A stretch of 64,000 nt of DNA from Octopus bimaculoides (Eukaryota): assembly GCF_001194135.2 (NCBI RefSeq), contig NC_068999.1, positions 6,873,102-6,937,101 of the forward strand, given 5' to 3'. The position numbers were made by a program, and so were the translations under genes. Positions 1 through 15,228 of the stretch are shown one piece after another. Position 1 is the stretch's first letter. The number at the start of each line of letters is the position of its first letter. The notes under the pieces are model-generated. The model ran no database searches. It was not told the DNA's origin and worked only from the letters and a program-made list of their open reading frames with translations.

Positions 1-2855
1 CCAGCACAGAACAGGGAAATTACTAGTGAATAAAATACTTCATGGCTGACAGCTATGAATGATTATGTCCTTATTAATGGCACCAATCCACAATCAGATG
101 GAGGACAAGCAGAAAAAACACTTCTAATAAGCTGCATGGTAATAAACTTGCATTCCAACCACATGGTACCAGGATCTGTCCCACAGTGTGACACCTTGGG
201 CAAGTGTCTTCTTCCTATAGCCTCGGGCCAACCAAAGCTTTGCGAGTGGATTTGGTAGATGGAAACTGAAAGAAGCCCGTTGTGTGTGTGTATGTATTCA
301 TGTATGTGTCTTTGTGTTTGTATCCCCACCATTGCTTGACAACCAATGTTGGTGTGTTTATGTCCCCTAACTAAGGGGTTCAGCAAAAGAGACTGATAAA
401 ATAAATACTAGACTTACAAAGAATAAATCCTGGGGTCGAGTTGTTCGACTAAAAAACCCTTAGCTGAACAAATCGACCTCAGAGCTTTTTATCCTTAAGC
501 TGGTACTTATTACATTAGTCTCTTTTAGCTGAACCACTAAGTTACAGGGTCGTAAACGTACCAACACCAGTTGTCAAGTGGTGATAAGAAACAAGTACAA
601 ACACACACAGATATGTACACGAACACACACACACACACACACAGATATATATATTTATATATACATACACACACATATATATACAAACACACACACAGAT
701 ATATACAAACACACACACATATATATACACACACAGATATATACATACACACACATAACAGGCTTCTTTCAGTTTCCCTCTACCAAATCCACTCACAAAG
801 CTTTGGTCAGCCTGAAGGTATAGTAGATGACACTCGTCCAAGGTGGCAGGCAGTGGAACTGAACCTGGAACCATGTGAGTGAGACACAAACTTCTTACCA
901 CACAGCCACGACTGCTATATTATCTTTTCATTGTATGTCAATCATTATAATTTATCATCAGATTGAAATAGGATGCAGCTATTACAGCATCGAATAATCC
1001 AATTATTGTTACGGCTTATTTTTGTAATTACTTATCCAATCTTATCGGCCCAAACTGCTGAAGTGTGCACTAATGTATTTCATATAACATATTCTATTTC
1101 GGCTTCACACATGCAGACAAGTACAGGGTGATTTTTTTGTTTGTTGTTGTTGCATGTCGTCATGGCACTCCGTCTGTTACGACGACGAGGGTTCCAGTTG
1201 ATCCGATCAACGGAGAAGCCTGCTCGTGAAATTAATCTGCCAGTGGCTGAGCACTCCACAGACACATGTACCCTTAATGTAGTTCTTGGGGATATTCAGC
1301 GTGACACAGAGTGTGACAAAGCTGGCCCCTTTGAAATACAGGTACAACAGAGACAGGCTCCTTTCAGTTTCCATGTACCAAATCCACTCACGAGGCTTTG
1401 GTTAGCCTGAGGCTTTATCAGAAGACACTCGCCCAAGGTGCCACACAATGGGACTGAACCCAGAACCATGTGGTTGGGAAGCAAGCTTCTTACCACACAG
1501 CCATATCAGCGCCTAATAAAACACATGATGGGCCTCTTTCATCCCCATCCACCATATGCGCTCATCAAGCTTTGGTGATAAATGCAGAATATCTATATAT
1601 AGAATCATTATAATTACAAAAGACACTTCATTTGCTCCAAAATTCTTTATACCTACCGTAATGGGTGGGTGTGGGGAGGGTACAGAAATATTTTCCCATC
1701 AATATAACAAGATTCTCTCCATTGTGTTATGTTAAGGAAAGTAATATTATCTTCATTACTTCACGGTTAGCTGAATATCAGATCTAATTCTTCAGATTGA
1801 AACCATTACTACATACGGCAAACAGTGCAGGAGTGTCTATGTGGTAACTCGACCTGCTAGGAATAGCAACCAAATCTCCCTGATATTACATCCTACTGTT
1901 AAAAAAAAAAAAAAAAAAAGGAAGGAAGGACACATTGGATAAATCATCATCATCATCATCATTTAACACCTGTTATCCATACTGGCATGGGCTTTGACGG
2001 TTTGGACGGTTTCTACAGCTGGATGCCCTTCCTAATGCCAACTACTTTATAGAGTGTACTGGGTGATTTTTTTTTCATGGTACCAAGTACTCAAAAGACA
2101 AGACCACACAACGTGTGCATGTTACTGTCTCCTCATCCTGACATTGTATGATAGTTATCGTGGCACTCCGGCGGTTATGATGACGAGGGTTCCAGTTGAT
2201 CCGATCAACGGAACAGCCTGCTCGTGAAATTAACGTGCAAGTGGCTGAGCACTCCACAGACACGTGTACCCTTAACGTAGTTCTCGGGGGGATATTCAGC
2301 GTGACACAGTGTGACAAGGCTGACCCCTTTGAATTACAGGAATCGAAACCGCAATCCTATGACCACGAGTCTGCTGCCCTAACCACTGGGCCATTGCGCC
2401 TCCACACTCAATCAGGGCTAACCTGGAGTTAAACAACAGCAACACCACCAATGACATTGAAAAATTTAAAGTATATAAGAACATTCGGTGGAAAACAGGT
2501 TGACATCCTCTGTGACTTGCAGTCCTTTCCTAATCAGCTTAAAGAAAATACTTGAATCAATCAAATGTTATTTTTTTTTCCTTCTTTTTAATCCTTACTC
2601 AATCGCTAATGACTCAACGAGATAGCTGACACGTCTGACTTGCAATGACTTCACTGTACTCAAGTATAAAAATAGATGGTTTTTACTTTTACCCCGTAAG
2701 GCCGAAATATTGAAGGACCTGGAGGAATAGGTGAATTAACAGATGGGGATGAAATATGGTATGAGGGGCTACAGAGAAGTTCTTGGCTTTAAGAGTATCG
2801 TGAAAGGCCTGGTTTGGAAGCCCAACCTTCTGTGTTCTTTTCAGGTTAAAAACAA

Positions 2856-2895
<40 letters not shown>

Positions 2896-3464
2896 GCCCG
2901 GATGCAATACCAGGCAGTGGCTCTCTGGCTTTCGATCTTAACTGATTGGAAGTATTATCATGTACATGTTTTATCTTGGTATAAAAGATGGGCTACAGCA
3001 AATATTCTGCTCAATACCACAGATTTGCTTGTCAGTCGCTTAACCATAACTCAATTCTATAGCTGAGTGAACTGGAGTAATGTGAAATAAAAGTGTCTTG
3101 CTCAAGAACACAACACACAGTCTGGTACGGGAATCAAACTCACAACCACATGGTTGTAAGCCTGATGCATTAACCACTTCACCTTCACACAGATACATAC
3201 ATACATTACACAATGGGCTATATATATATATATATATATAAAACAAATAATAAATGAGTATATGCATATATACGAACAAGTATGTGCATACATACATCTA
3301 CTTGTATATATAAGTGCATATCTGGGTACAGGACATTGCAAACAAAACGTAGACAAAAAAATAATAATAATAACCAGAGTACAGAAAACACACAGGCCAC
3401 ATAGAGAACATTTTCCTTCATCAGCTGCCCCCATTCTAACACAGGCGTTTCGAAGAGTAGGGCA

Positions 3465-3509
<45 letters not shown>

Positions 3510-4155
3510 TACATGATGGGCACCCACTCACTTTCCGTCTATCTGATCTACTCGCAAAGCTTTCAGTGGCTCAGGGCTATAGCAGAAGACAACTTTCTTA
3601 AAGTGCTACACAGTGGGGCTGAACCCAAGACTACATGGTCAGGAAGCAAGCTCGTTAAGCACACAACCACATCTGCTCTGATTTCACATGTTCATTCATG
3701 ATGTTCGCAAGCGACACTTCGAAACTTGGAATCTCGCTTGATTATTTCCCCCACATTCCATTGAACAAAACTAACAGTCAGTCTTTTACACAAAAGATCT
3801 GCAATATTATTACCAAATTCAATTTGCTAATATTTGTCAAATATCTTGCAGGGTTTCCTATTTTATTTAATTTTATTTTATTATCACACCTAGATGTATG
3901 TTATAAGATGAAAATTCTCTATTCTGATGCGCATTATAACAATTAACAGATGAAGAATATTAGAGAATGCATTTATATTGTCATGTACCCTGGGGGGAAA
4001 AAGCTTTGTTCAAGTGACAGCAAAAATTTTCTGGAACGTTAAGAATGAAATTATCTTCTAATCCCTTCATTACTTGCAGAATTCATAAAACTAATTATCA
4101 ATAATAATTTTATACATTTTTTTTTTCCTTCTTCAAGTTTTATGCACATGTGTGT

Positions 4156-4193
<38 letters not shown>

Positions 4194-4436
4194 TGGGGAA
4201 ATGTTAGGATATACTGTATGTAATCGACACAATAGAATGCCAGGCTGAACTGGATTGATGGGATGAATATAGCTTAGAACCTCAAGGGCTCTGAATTCAA
4301 ATCCTATCCTAATTAGGTGGATTTTGCTGTTTATTGCTCCACAGTTCATAATATGAGGACCAAAAGTACACCGGATTCAAATGGACATCAATACTTCTTT
4401 ATATGGCATAATTATGTCTCTATCCATGCTTATACT

Positions 4437-4656
4437 CATCATCATCGTTTAACGTCCGCTTTCCATGCTAGCATGGGTTGGACGATTTGACTGAGGATTG
4501 GTGAACCAGATGGCTACACCAGGCTTCAATCTGATTTGGCAGAGTTTCTACAGCTGGATGCCCTCCCTAACGCCAACCACTCCGAGAGTGTAGTGGGTGC
4601 TTTTACATGCCACCGGCATGAAGGCCAGTCAGGCGGTACTGGCAATGGCCATGCTC
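4437..4656 (-). mobile_element. (GAT)n-tailed retroposon 3' fragment (family C), copy on the low-coordinate side of macoilin exon 2
   Basis: catcatcatcgtttaacgtccgctttccatgctagcatgggttggacg...; same family at 5500-5793, 22254-22413, 27176-27322, 41371-41690 and 53903-54045. Confidence 0.85.
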
Positions 4657-5019
4657 CACAAGGCTTTGGTCTGCCCAAGACTATAGTAGAAGACACTTGC
4701 CCAATGTGCCATACAGTGGGACTAAACCCAGAATCATGTGGTTGGGAAGCAAGCTTCTTACCACACAACCATGCCTGCACCTATACATATTTTTTATTCT
4801 TTTACTTGTTTCAGTCATTTGACTGCGGCCATGCTGGAGCACCACCTTACACACACACACATATATATATATTTTTTTTTTTTTCTGTAAAGTTTGTTTC
4901 ACAACTTGGGTTTCATGGCATTGCAATCTTCAAGCAAAAATTCATATAAAGGTATATATGTGCTTAAATCATAAAAAGACTATAATTCTTGAAAAAGATT
5001 TGTTTTTTAAACTACTTAC

Positions 5020-5161
5020 CAGGCCTTGATATTTGAATGAATCATACACACTCCTTAACAATAACCAAAATGGCCACAGATATTCAAATCGAAATTCCAA
5101 CATGAAGTCAGCCATTACAACTATAGCCCAAACCATAAAAAACTTCAGGTAGAGGAATGTA
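5020..5161 (-). CDS. MACO1: Macoilin exon 2 (142 nt), first hydrophobic membrane segment
   Basis: Acceptor ctccttttctatttcag|, donor CTG|GTAAGT; encodes [47 protein letters not shown]. Confidence 0.96.
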
Positions 5162-8100
5162 CTGAAATAGAAAAGGAGAAAAAAAAAAAATTTTAATTTT
5201 TAAAATATAACAAATAGTATAAATCACAAATCTAAAAATCTCTCTGATTAAAAGAAAAGAATAAAACAATTATACAAAACACATAAATATTGATATTTAT
5301 AAATATGGGAGATATCAAAAGATGTGTGTGAGAGTGTGCATGTATGTATGTATGTATATATATGTATATATNNNNNNNNNNNNNNNNNNNNNNNNNNNNN
5401 NNNNNNNNNNNNNNNNNNNNNNNNNNNNNNNNNNNNNNNNNNNNNNNNNNNNNNNNNNNNNNNNNNNNATATATATATATATATATATATATATAATTGT
5501 GATTGTTACCAGTGTCGCCAGTGCCACTGGACTGGCCCCTGTGCAGGTGGCACATAAAAAACACCATTTGAGCGTGGCTGTTGCCACTACCGCCTGACTG
5601 GCCCCTCATGCCGGTGGTACGTAAAAGCACCCACTACACTCTTGGAGTGGTTGGCGTTAGGGAGGGCATCCAGCTGTAGAAACTCTGCCAGATCAGATTG
5701 GAGCCTGGTGCAGCCATCTGGCTGACCAGTGGTCAGTCAAATCGTCCAACCCATGCCAGCATGGAAAGCGGACGTTAAACGATGATGACGATGTACCTGT
5801 ATAAGTAGAAATCTCACTAGCCACCTCATTATTACTGTTTATAACGGTAATAATACTTCATATATATCAATAAATTCTGTATGTTCCATGCAAGCATAGA
5901 AAAATGAATGTTAAGCAATGATGATGATGATGATGGTGATATCCATGTGAATAGATGATAGGGTGTGATTTGAGGATTTAGTTGTTCGTTCTAGCATTCT
6001 TGGCAACCACATAGAAGCTCCTTCAGACAGTATCATAGCTGTTTTACTTTATAGTAAATCTTCTTGAAATGAAGAATACTTTTACTTTCCTTATGGTGCC
6101 ACCACAAAAGCATGGAATAAATATTTCTTGCACACAAGCATGAAGAAATATCACAATGGTAATGGAAGCACAATGAACGGTGCATTAGCAGTTATGGAAG
6201 CAAAGGTTATTATGCCAAGAATCTCCAACCAGGAATTAAAGCAGGATTATACGGTCACTTCATAAAGAACTTAGTGTCACACAACGTCGAGAAAGCTTTT
6301 GACAGAAGTACATTACTTCATAATAAAATGCAGAAAAATCAATTGTCAAAGACATAATTTCAGAAAGTTAGGAACACGAAATTTACAGAGAAATAATAAC
6401 CACTGTGGTTTTCGCCATTTCTTAAAAAGATAAACAAAAAAATAAATAAATAAATAAATAAAAAAAAAAGATATCAAATCCAATATGGAGAGCATATATC
6501 ATCATTATCACCGTTATCATTTTAATGTCTAATGCCCACTTTTCTTTGCTTGCATGGATGAGATGGAATTCGTTGATGCACATTTTCCATGGGTGGGTGG
6601 GTGCCCTTCCTGTTGCCAACCTCACCTGTCCCCAAGTAAGGTACTATTTCCCAATGACCAGAGATATGTTTACACAGAATATTGAAAGTGAACAGCACTT
6701 CTTGTTTGGTGATGACACTCACAACTAGAATACAATGTCAAGATGGGAGACGAATAAACACAACCACACACACATACATACAGACACACACACGACAGAT
6801 TTCTTTCAGTTTCTCTTCACCAAATCCACACGTCTACATATCATCATCATCATCATCATCTAACATCTGTTTCCTGTTTCCTGGATTGGATAGTTTGACA
6901 GGAGCTGGCAAACCAGAAGACTACACCAAGCTCTACTGTCCACTTTAGTATGGTTTCTACGGCTTGATGCCCTTACCAGCGCCAACCACTTTCTGTATAT
7001 GGCACCGGCACCGGTAAGATCACCAAGTAGTAACTTGCGAGACAAAGCTCCCTCAACTAAGAAGGGGACTAGTATTGAGGGTGCTGGCTTAATGTCAGTT
7101 AAAGAGAGGTTAAAGTATGATAGAGGGATAAAAACAGGAGTCTTGTTGTGGAAGAGATACATGCCTACATACATCTATATTTATATACATACACACACAC
7201 ACATACACACAAAATTTTCTTTAAAACAAGAAATGAAATCCCCACCCCATTAATAATGGAAGCTGGTGTAGAAGGAGGAAATGCAAGCAGATCCATCATT
7301 CAACGGTCTTTGAGATAAAAGAAAAAAAATAATAAAAATAAGGCTTTTGTTTGCTAGGTTTGTTCTAAACATGTCATGAACCCACCCCACCATCCGAACA
7401 CCACCATTCTCCCGCTGCCACCGCCGCCATCACCTATTGCATCAGAGAAACACTTGTAATGGATATTAAGGCCTTTGTTGTTTGACAAGATGAAATTTGA
7501 GTTAATCTATCGGTGGGGTTTCTTCCTTGAATATCATATCATCCCAGACATTAAAAACAGAAGGGGATAAGCAGATGAAGATGGCGGAGGTGGTGGTGAT
7601 GATGGCGGTGTTAGTGGGGGGAGAACAGTTTCCCTTGAAAATGATTGTTTAGACAATTTACTTTTGACATCTGTTGAAGGAAAGAAGCTTTTGTTTATAC
7701 TGGTGCTTGACACTATCTTTGCCATATTCCCTTAGGAAAACTAGCATTGCATCATAGAATTCATTTTCAAGAAATATTATTAACATCAACAATTCTTCAA
7801 ATCCTCACAAATTCTTCACGCTTTACAAAATTCAAGAAATGAGTAATCAAGAAATGTTTTCTTAACAATTAAAAAAAAACATACATACATATATATATAT
7901 GTGTGTGTGCGTAAATAAAATTTTAAAAATCCTATTAATTTTAAAGCGAAAGGCGTTTTTAAATGTTTTGCAAAAATAATTCTTTGTATTGGCTTAGAAT
8001 AAGAATGGTAATAATTGATGTGAAATAATTACTTAAAAAAAGCAGCAAGCAGATATGAAATGCTTAAAGAGGGAAGATACAATAAAACAGTAATTTATAA

Positions 8101-9622
8101 AATGCATCCATAATATTGCTTGTTTCACAATAATATCTAACAGGAAAGATGAATTTTTAATTAATCATAATGATTTTTAATACACATAATTATCACCAGC
8201 ATCATTCACAGAATTTACAAATATTTTCCTATCAAAAGCATGTGCTGGCCAAGTATGTTGAATATTTTACCTTCTGTTTCAACCTGGCTACTCTTATTTG
8301 TAGACCCCCTAAAATCCTCAGTTGAATTTACTTGACGCCTCTCTGGGCTATTCTCTACCTCATAACACTATCTCACCCAACAAAAAGCCTTAACACAAGT
8401 GATTTTCAACATGGGTCCATGTGACTCCTAGCAGGGTGGGCACTGTATAAGATTTTTGGGGTCCACACAAGCAAAATAGTAAATAGGGAGTCCACTGTAG
8501 TAGTTTAAGGGTTCATGAAGAAACTTCGCTTTAGTTGTAGTTATTGCAAAGAAGCAACTCAGTTTCTTTCCCTAATGTTTTATACAGGTTCCCAGATACT
8601 GAAACACATGTGTTCCCTCAGAAAGAGTTATTGCATACCTACACAAGTGAAAAACCAATCCCAATACTTGACAGATATTTATTTTATTGACTCCCTGAAA
8701 GATGAAACCCAAAGTTGACCCTGGCAAGATTTAAAATTCAGAATGCCAAGAAACGTAACTGAATGCAACGAAGTATTCTGTCCAGTGTTTCGCTCATTCT
8801 GCTTTGCACTGCAATAAAAATTTTCTTAAGTGGAATAAAGACGGTTGGAAAGGCACTTAATTGAACTTCAAAAGGCTTTGTGGGAATAGAACACTAATTG
8901 ATTAGTATCACAAACTATATTAAACAGGCAAGGTTGAATACGCTCAACTGGGAAAACTATAATGGACTGACTCTAATTGGCTACAATAGGAAAATAGTCA
9001 ATTAATGGAGAAATCATGCAAAGACAATAATAGAGTTACAATTAAGCCGTGTAAGAGACAGATCTAAACATGACATTTGATAATAACGGTAACAACAATA
9101 ATGATAATTCTAATTCTGGCACAAAACCAGCAATTTTTGAGCGGAAGGCTAAGTCAATTATATTGACTCCAGTGCATAACTGGTACTCGTTTTCTCAACC
9201 TTGGAAAGAACAAAAGGCAAAAAAGAAGAAAAAAAAAAATCAACCTCGGTGGCATTTGAAATCAGAACGTAAACAGCTGAAAGAAATTCCATGAAGCATT
9301 TTTTTGACACTCTAATGATTCTGCCAGTTTACTACGTTTCTAATAATAATAATAATAATAATAATAATGATGATGATGATGATGATGATGGTGATGGTGA
9401 TGATGATGATCTTTCGTACTAAAAGCACAAAACCTGAACTTTTGAGGGAGGGGACTAGTCAATTACATTGACCCCAGTGTTTCACTGGTACTTAATTTAT
9501 CGACCCCAAAAGGATGAAAGGCAAAGTTGACCTTGGTGGAATTTGAACTCGGAATGTAAAGATGGACAAAATGCCTCTAAGCATTTTGCCCAGGACAGTA
9601 ACAATTCTGCCAGTACACCATC

Positions 9623-9667
<45 letters not shown>

Positions 9668-11263
9668 TCAAATTTTGGCACGAGGCCAACAAGTTCAGGG
9701 GAATTTGTTAGTCTTGACTGTTGAATTGAAAGTCAATTTGGAAACTTAAAATAATTATGCATCGACTTGCATGAACAGATAGGTCCCTTGTTGTTTACTG
9801 CTCATTGAATTAAAATGAGGCAGATTTTTATGGCTGGGTGTCCTCCCTGTCACTAACCCTCACCTGTTTCCAAGTAAGGTAATATTTTTCTGTGGCCAGA
9901 CATGTTTTCATGGAAGACTGAAGATAGCCACTGCTTGTATGATGGTGACACTCATTTACAACAATCATGCAATATGGAGACAAAGTTGGCCCAGAGCTAT
10001 GGTAGAAGACACTTGCCCAAGGTGTCATGCAAAACCACACAGTTGGGAAGCAAACTTCTAAATCACTGGTACACACAAAATTATTTTCATAAATTCTTTT
10101 ATTTTCAGAATTAATTAAAAGAAAAGCAATATATTTCAACAGAAATATGACAAGGAAAGGGTTAATAAAGACAAAGTTATTTTACCAAATTAATTGAAAC
10201 AAATGCAATCTAGTTCAAGAGAAATATGGTAAGAAAAGGGGTTAAGTAGTTCACTTGGAGCAAGGATGTGGATCAAACAAGCAATTAGTGCATTCCAATG
10301 AAATCAATCAATATTTATCTCATACAAGTGAAATAAATATTGACCTGATTTAATGAACAGGGGTCAAATAAATCGTCTTTAAAGAAAAACAAAGTGTCTT
10401 TTCAAAGATGTTTTTGGGGGGGAGGGGGAATAAACTTTCTTCTGCCTCCTCTCTTCATTTAAACTGATTCTTAAATTTCAAATCCAGCCAGTCATATATA
10501 TTTATAAGTAATTGTGTTAGTACCTCCAACTAATAGTATGTCATCATTAAATATAATTACTTTCTTTAGCCGGCTGGCTTTAGAGCATTCGTTTCTCTTC
10601 AACAAATAGTGCAATGCTTTTCTTCAACATTTTTAACGATTTTATTTCTTTCTTTTACAAAAACTAATTGTGCCCACGGCAAAATTACTTGTCTTATAAG
10701 AAGCTTCTATAAATTTTTAAATTTCATTACCTCATTAGATAGAAATAATTATACCCGACTAAGACAATAAGAGGACAGTGGAATTGGCACAGCCTGGGTA
10801 CTTTTGGTGACCCACCGTTCTCAATTTCAATGGCACCATGACCAGCTTAGCATTGGTAACTAAGCACCGGTATTACACTGGAGTAAATTAAATTGATTAC
10901 ACAATTTTTACCCCAAAATTGGACTAAAAGGATAATTAAAAATATTTTAAATATTTATTATAATCTTTCTTGCATCCAAATGGAAACAAAGAAAAACAAT
11001 CATATAATAGAGCAGCCTTTGACCTTTTAAGATGGTGAGCTGCCCAAATTATTAGCATGTTGGACAAATTGCTTTGCAGCATTTCTCCTAGCTTTATGTT
11101 CTGAGTTCAAATTTTGCAGAGGTCAACTTTGCCTTTCATCTTTTCTGGGGTTCATAAAATAAGCACCAGTCGAGCACTAGGGTTGACACAATCGACAAGT
11201 CTCCACCCTACCTCCATCATAATTTCAGGCCCTGTGCCTGCAGTAGAACAGAAAAAGAAAAGG

Positions 11264-11299
<36 letters not shown>

Positions 11300-14200
11300 T
11301 AAAAATGGGTAGCCTTTGTCAGCCTTGCTTCGCTTGAGAGAAAACTACAAGTTTAGCACAAATGATAAGCACGACCCCAATATCATCTGGGATTACATTG
11401 CTGACAGTCAAGTAATGTTTAGTGGATAGGTAACAGAGTGCTAGTGAAGGTTTGCTCTATTTAGTTTGATGTATATCATCTTTTTGGTGATGATTACAGC
11501 AGAGTGGTGGGTGGTAAACTGGATTTGGTGAGTATGTAGTGAACCCAATTGTTTGAAATTCAATATATATATGTTTGGTAACCAAGTACAGAATTTGAAT
11601 TTATCGTCATTATCAGGACCATCACCACCACCGTTTTAACATCCAATTTCCCATGCTTGCATGGGTCAGACAGAATTCGCCAAGGTGGATTTTCTATGGC
11701 TGGATGACCCATCTTATGCCAATCCTCATCTGTTTTGATGCCAGGTAATATTTCCCCCAAAGCTGAACATGTTTTCATAGACGACTGGAAACGAGCTATT
11801 CTGTAAGATTTATAACTATTCAATGATGTCAAGACAAGAAGATACAAACACACACACACACATATATATTCATATACACACATACACAAACGTATAGACT
11901 CTCACAAACACACATGAATGATGGGCTTCTTTTGGTTTCCATCTACCACATCCAATCACAAGGCTTTGATCAGCCTAGGGCTATAGTGAAAGACAAAATG
12001 TTATGTAGTGGGACAGAAAAAAACCCATATGGTCAGGAACTTAGCACAACCATGCTTGCATCTACAGGAAGTTGTAAAAGAAAAAAAAATGATGTTGGCG
12101 CTACTTTTATGTGTATGAATTGTTTATGTTTATTTATAGCAGATAAAAAAAACATAAATTGTTCTTGTTAAGAATTTCCAGAAAGAAGTCTGAAAGTAAA
12201 TATTTTAAAACTGTTTCATTGAATATGGAGAACATTATTTTGGAAAGTTTCTAAATTTGTTTTGGTTTGCAGTAGAAAAATTAAGAATCCAAATAACAAT
12301 GGAATAAATATATAACAGACCCAGTTACTATTTGTAAAATAATGCCATCTTCCCTTAGTCTTAATTTAGTATTTAAGTAAGCACTTAGAATGTGTTTGGT
12401 ATCTTAACTATTTTGTTACCATATTTCTGTTAAAAAAAAACACTACCATTATTTCAATTAATCTTTAAAATGATGATGAGTTTAGTAAAATAACTTTGTT
12501 GTTATTAAGATGGTGTTTGAAACATAAATTAAAATGAAATTTTGATGGAAGGTTTTAATTTCGATTGCTTTGTCCCTTTGGCATTTAAATTATACTGTCA
12601 AATGTAACGTTAATTTATTCATGTTTTGAATTAGTTGGGCTCAAGAGGGTTATAAACACTGTTTGTAGCTTTGTTAACTTTTTACAGGCAGACTTGAAAT
12701 TTTGTCAGCTTGTGTATGAAATACTAATGGTTTTAGTGTGACCTGATCCAGCCTCTCATGCATATCCTACAATGTCATTCTAAAAATATACAAACACACC
12801 ACTGAAATCTTGAAGCTGCAAAAATAATGTGTGATTAATTCAAAGCAATATGAATAAATAAGCAATACATCTGACAAAAAAATCTGAACACTAAAGGTTA
12901 AAATGATTGAGGATCAAATCATGAAATTTGCATCACAGAACCGAGGGCCATTATGTCTCATATGTTGAGTGTATGACAATAAGGAGAGGCCTACAGTATT
13001 GACTTCTGTGTATGCAGAACAGAGATTATTGAGTGGGGTACGTAGAAACAAGTTCTGTGCATCAGCAATGCTTATATGTGTGGTGAGCAAAAGTAAATCT
13101 ATGCTTGTACAGCTGGGACTTCAGTTTTTAATACGTTACAACATGATAGTGTGCAGCTGTGTCTGGTGTGACATGAGAAGATGTGATTCTGATGTCACCG
13201 GTATAATATAATAACATATGTGCATTATGTGGTAGGTGTCGAGGTGTCATGCAATATAAGAGAGAGGAGACAGTTGAGGGACTATTTTTGGACAACTACA
13301 AATCTTTGAGTTTCTGTTAGATGATAGGTGTACAGCTACTGTCTCAAGATATGGTTGACGAGGCCAGCCATGATTTTTTAAAATAATTATTTTGTATTTA
13401 GCTTTTCTGTAATTAATGAAAATAATTGGATATCAACATTTTACATCCAATATAAATTTTTCTGGTTTGGCTTGCCAAAAATATGACTCTCTGTTTTCCA
13501 ACATTTGGCAAAGTCTCTAAGTTTTAACAAATTGATTTCATTAAAAATCTCATTCATGCCTAATAAAATATCGCTAGTGTGTGTGTGTGTGTGTGTGTAC
13601 ATATGTATAGGCACAGGTATGGTTGTGTGGTTAAGAAGTTTGCTTCCCAACCATGTGGTCTGGGTTCAATCCCTCTGTGAGACACCTTGAAGAAGTGTCT
13701 TCTACTATAGCTCTGGACTGACCAAAGTGGGTTTGGTAGATGAAAACCCAAATAATAGGGGGTGGTTGGAATAGGCAGGTGGCTTGGACATTTGCTTAAA
13801 TTCATATAAGCGGGTGGGTTGGAATAAATGGGGATGGGTGGGAATCAGTAATTGTATAATGTATGTACGAAAATTAGGAAAAAAGCATCTTAAAGTACAT
13901 AATACGATACAACGAGGCAAAAGAAATTAACAAGAGGCAAGTGAAATTAGCACATACGTGTGCTTGAAATGTTCACTTTAGTTAAGATATACGTTTGGAT
14001 AATAAAATAAGACATTTGTTAATTGGTTATAATATAGTTGTGCATTAGTGGAGGTGCAATCGCCCAGTGGTTAGGGCAGCGGACTCGCGGTCATAGGATC
14101 GCGGTTTCGATTCCCAAACCGGGTGTTGTGAGTGTTTATTGAGCGAAAACACCTAAAGTTCCATGAGGCTCCGGCAGGGGATGGTGGCGAACCCTGCTGT

Positions 14201-14993
14201 ACTCTTCCACCACAACTTTCTCTCACTCTTACTTCCTGTTTCTGTTGTGCCTGTAATTCAAAGGGTCAGCCTTGTCACACTGTGTCACGCTGAATATCTC
14301 CGNNNNNNNNNNAGGGGATGGTGGCGAACCCTGCTGTACTCTTCCACCACAACTTTCTCTCACTCTTACTTCCTGTTTCTGTTGTGCCTGTAATTCAAAG
14401 GGTCAGCCTTGTCACACTGTGTCACGCTGAATATCTCCGAGAACTACATTAAGGGTACACGTGTCTGTGGAGTGCTCAGCCACTTGCACGTTAATTTCAC
14501 GAGCAGGCTGTTCCGTTGATCGGATCAACTAGAACCCTCGACGTCGTAAGCGACGGAGTGCCAGCAACACAGTTGTGCATTAGTGCAAAACACTTGGTTA
14601 TAATATAGTTACTGCAACACTTGGTTATAATATAGTTGTGCATTAGTGTAAAACAGAAACAATGTATACAACTGGTGCAGTTATGCATTTTGTTAGAAGA
14701 GTTATTGTTCTCATACACTTGATGTCACTCCAATTGACGTGTTCTTAAGCTTTGTTTTGAGGATATATAAACACATAAATTACAATCTACACCAGTTTAT
14801 TGTTTCTCCTCCAATACTAGCTTTCATGTTGTTCTTTATATTTTAAAACTAACCCAGTCAGAGAAAGTAAATATCAAAGGGATCAGTTTCACACATAAGA
14901 TATGTGTCTGGATGGGTATGTATGTATGTATGTATGAGAGAGAGAGAGAGAGGGAGAGAGAGAGGGGGAGAGAGAGAGAAGGAGAGAGAGAGA

Positions 14994-15031
<38 letters not shown>

Positions 15032-15197
15032 AAGGGAGTGTGTGTATGATTGTATGTGTGTATAAGTACATGTACAGACAAATACTTATATATGTGTAAT
15101 ATGTATGTATTCAAGTCTGTGTATAAATACACACACATTGGAGCATGATGCAGTCCTTGGACCCCTAGGATTCTAGTAAGCCCTTAAATGATGATCG

Positions 15198-15228
<31 letters not shown>

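Noticed and set aside
1-5019. Search for macoilin exon 3 (AFSVFF...WVQYVWHT-like)
   Set aside because: Not found by eye; presumed to lie beyond the left edge of the window
14050-14125. tRNA-like heads with A and B boxes (also near 39910 and 46800)
   Set aside because: They continue into SINE bodies and lack a cloverleaf acceptor stem, so they are not tRNA genes
14176-14439. Exact 127-nt direct duplication inside a SINE
   Set aside because: The two copies (14176-14302 and 14313-14439) are identical and flank a 10-N gap, which indicates an unmerged contig overlap
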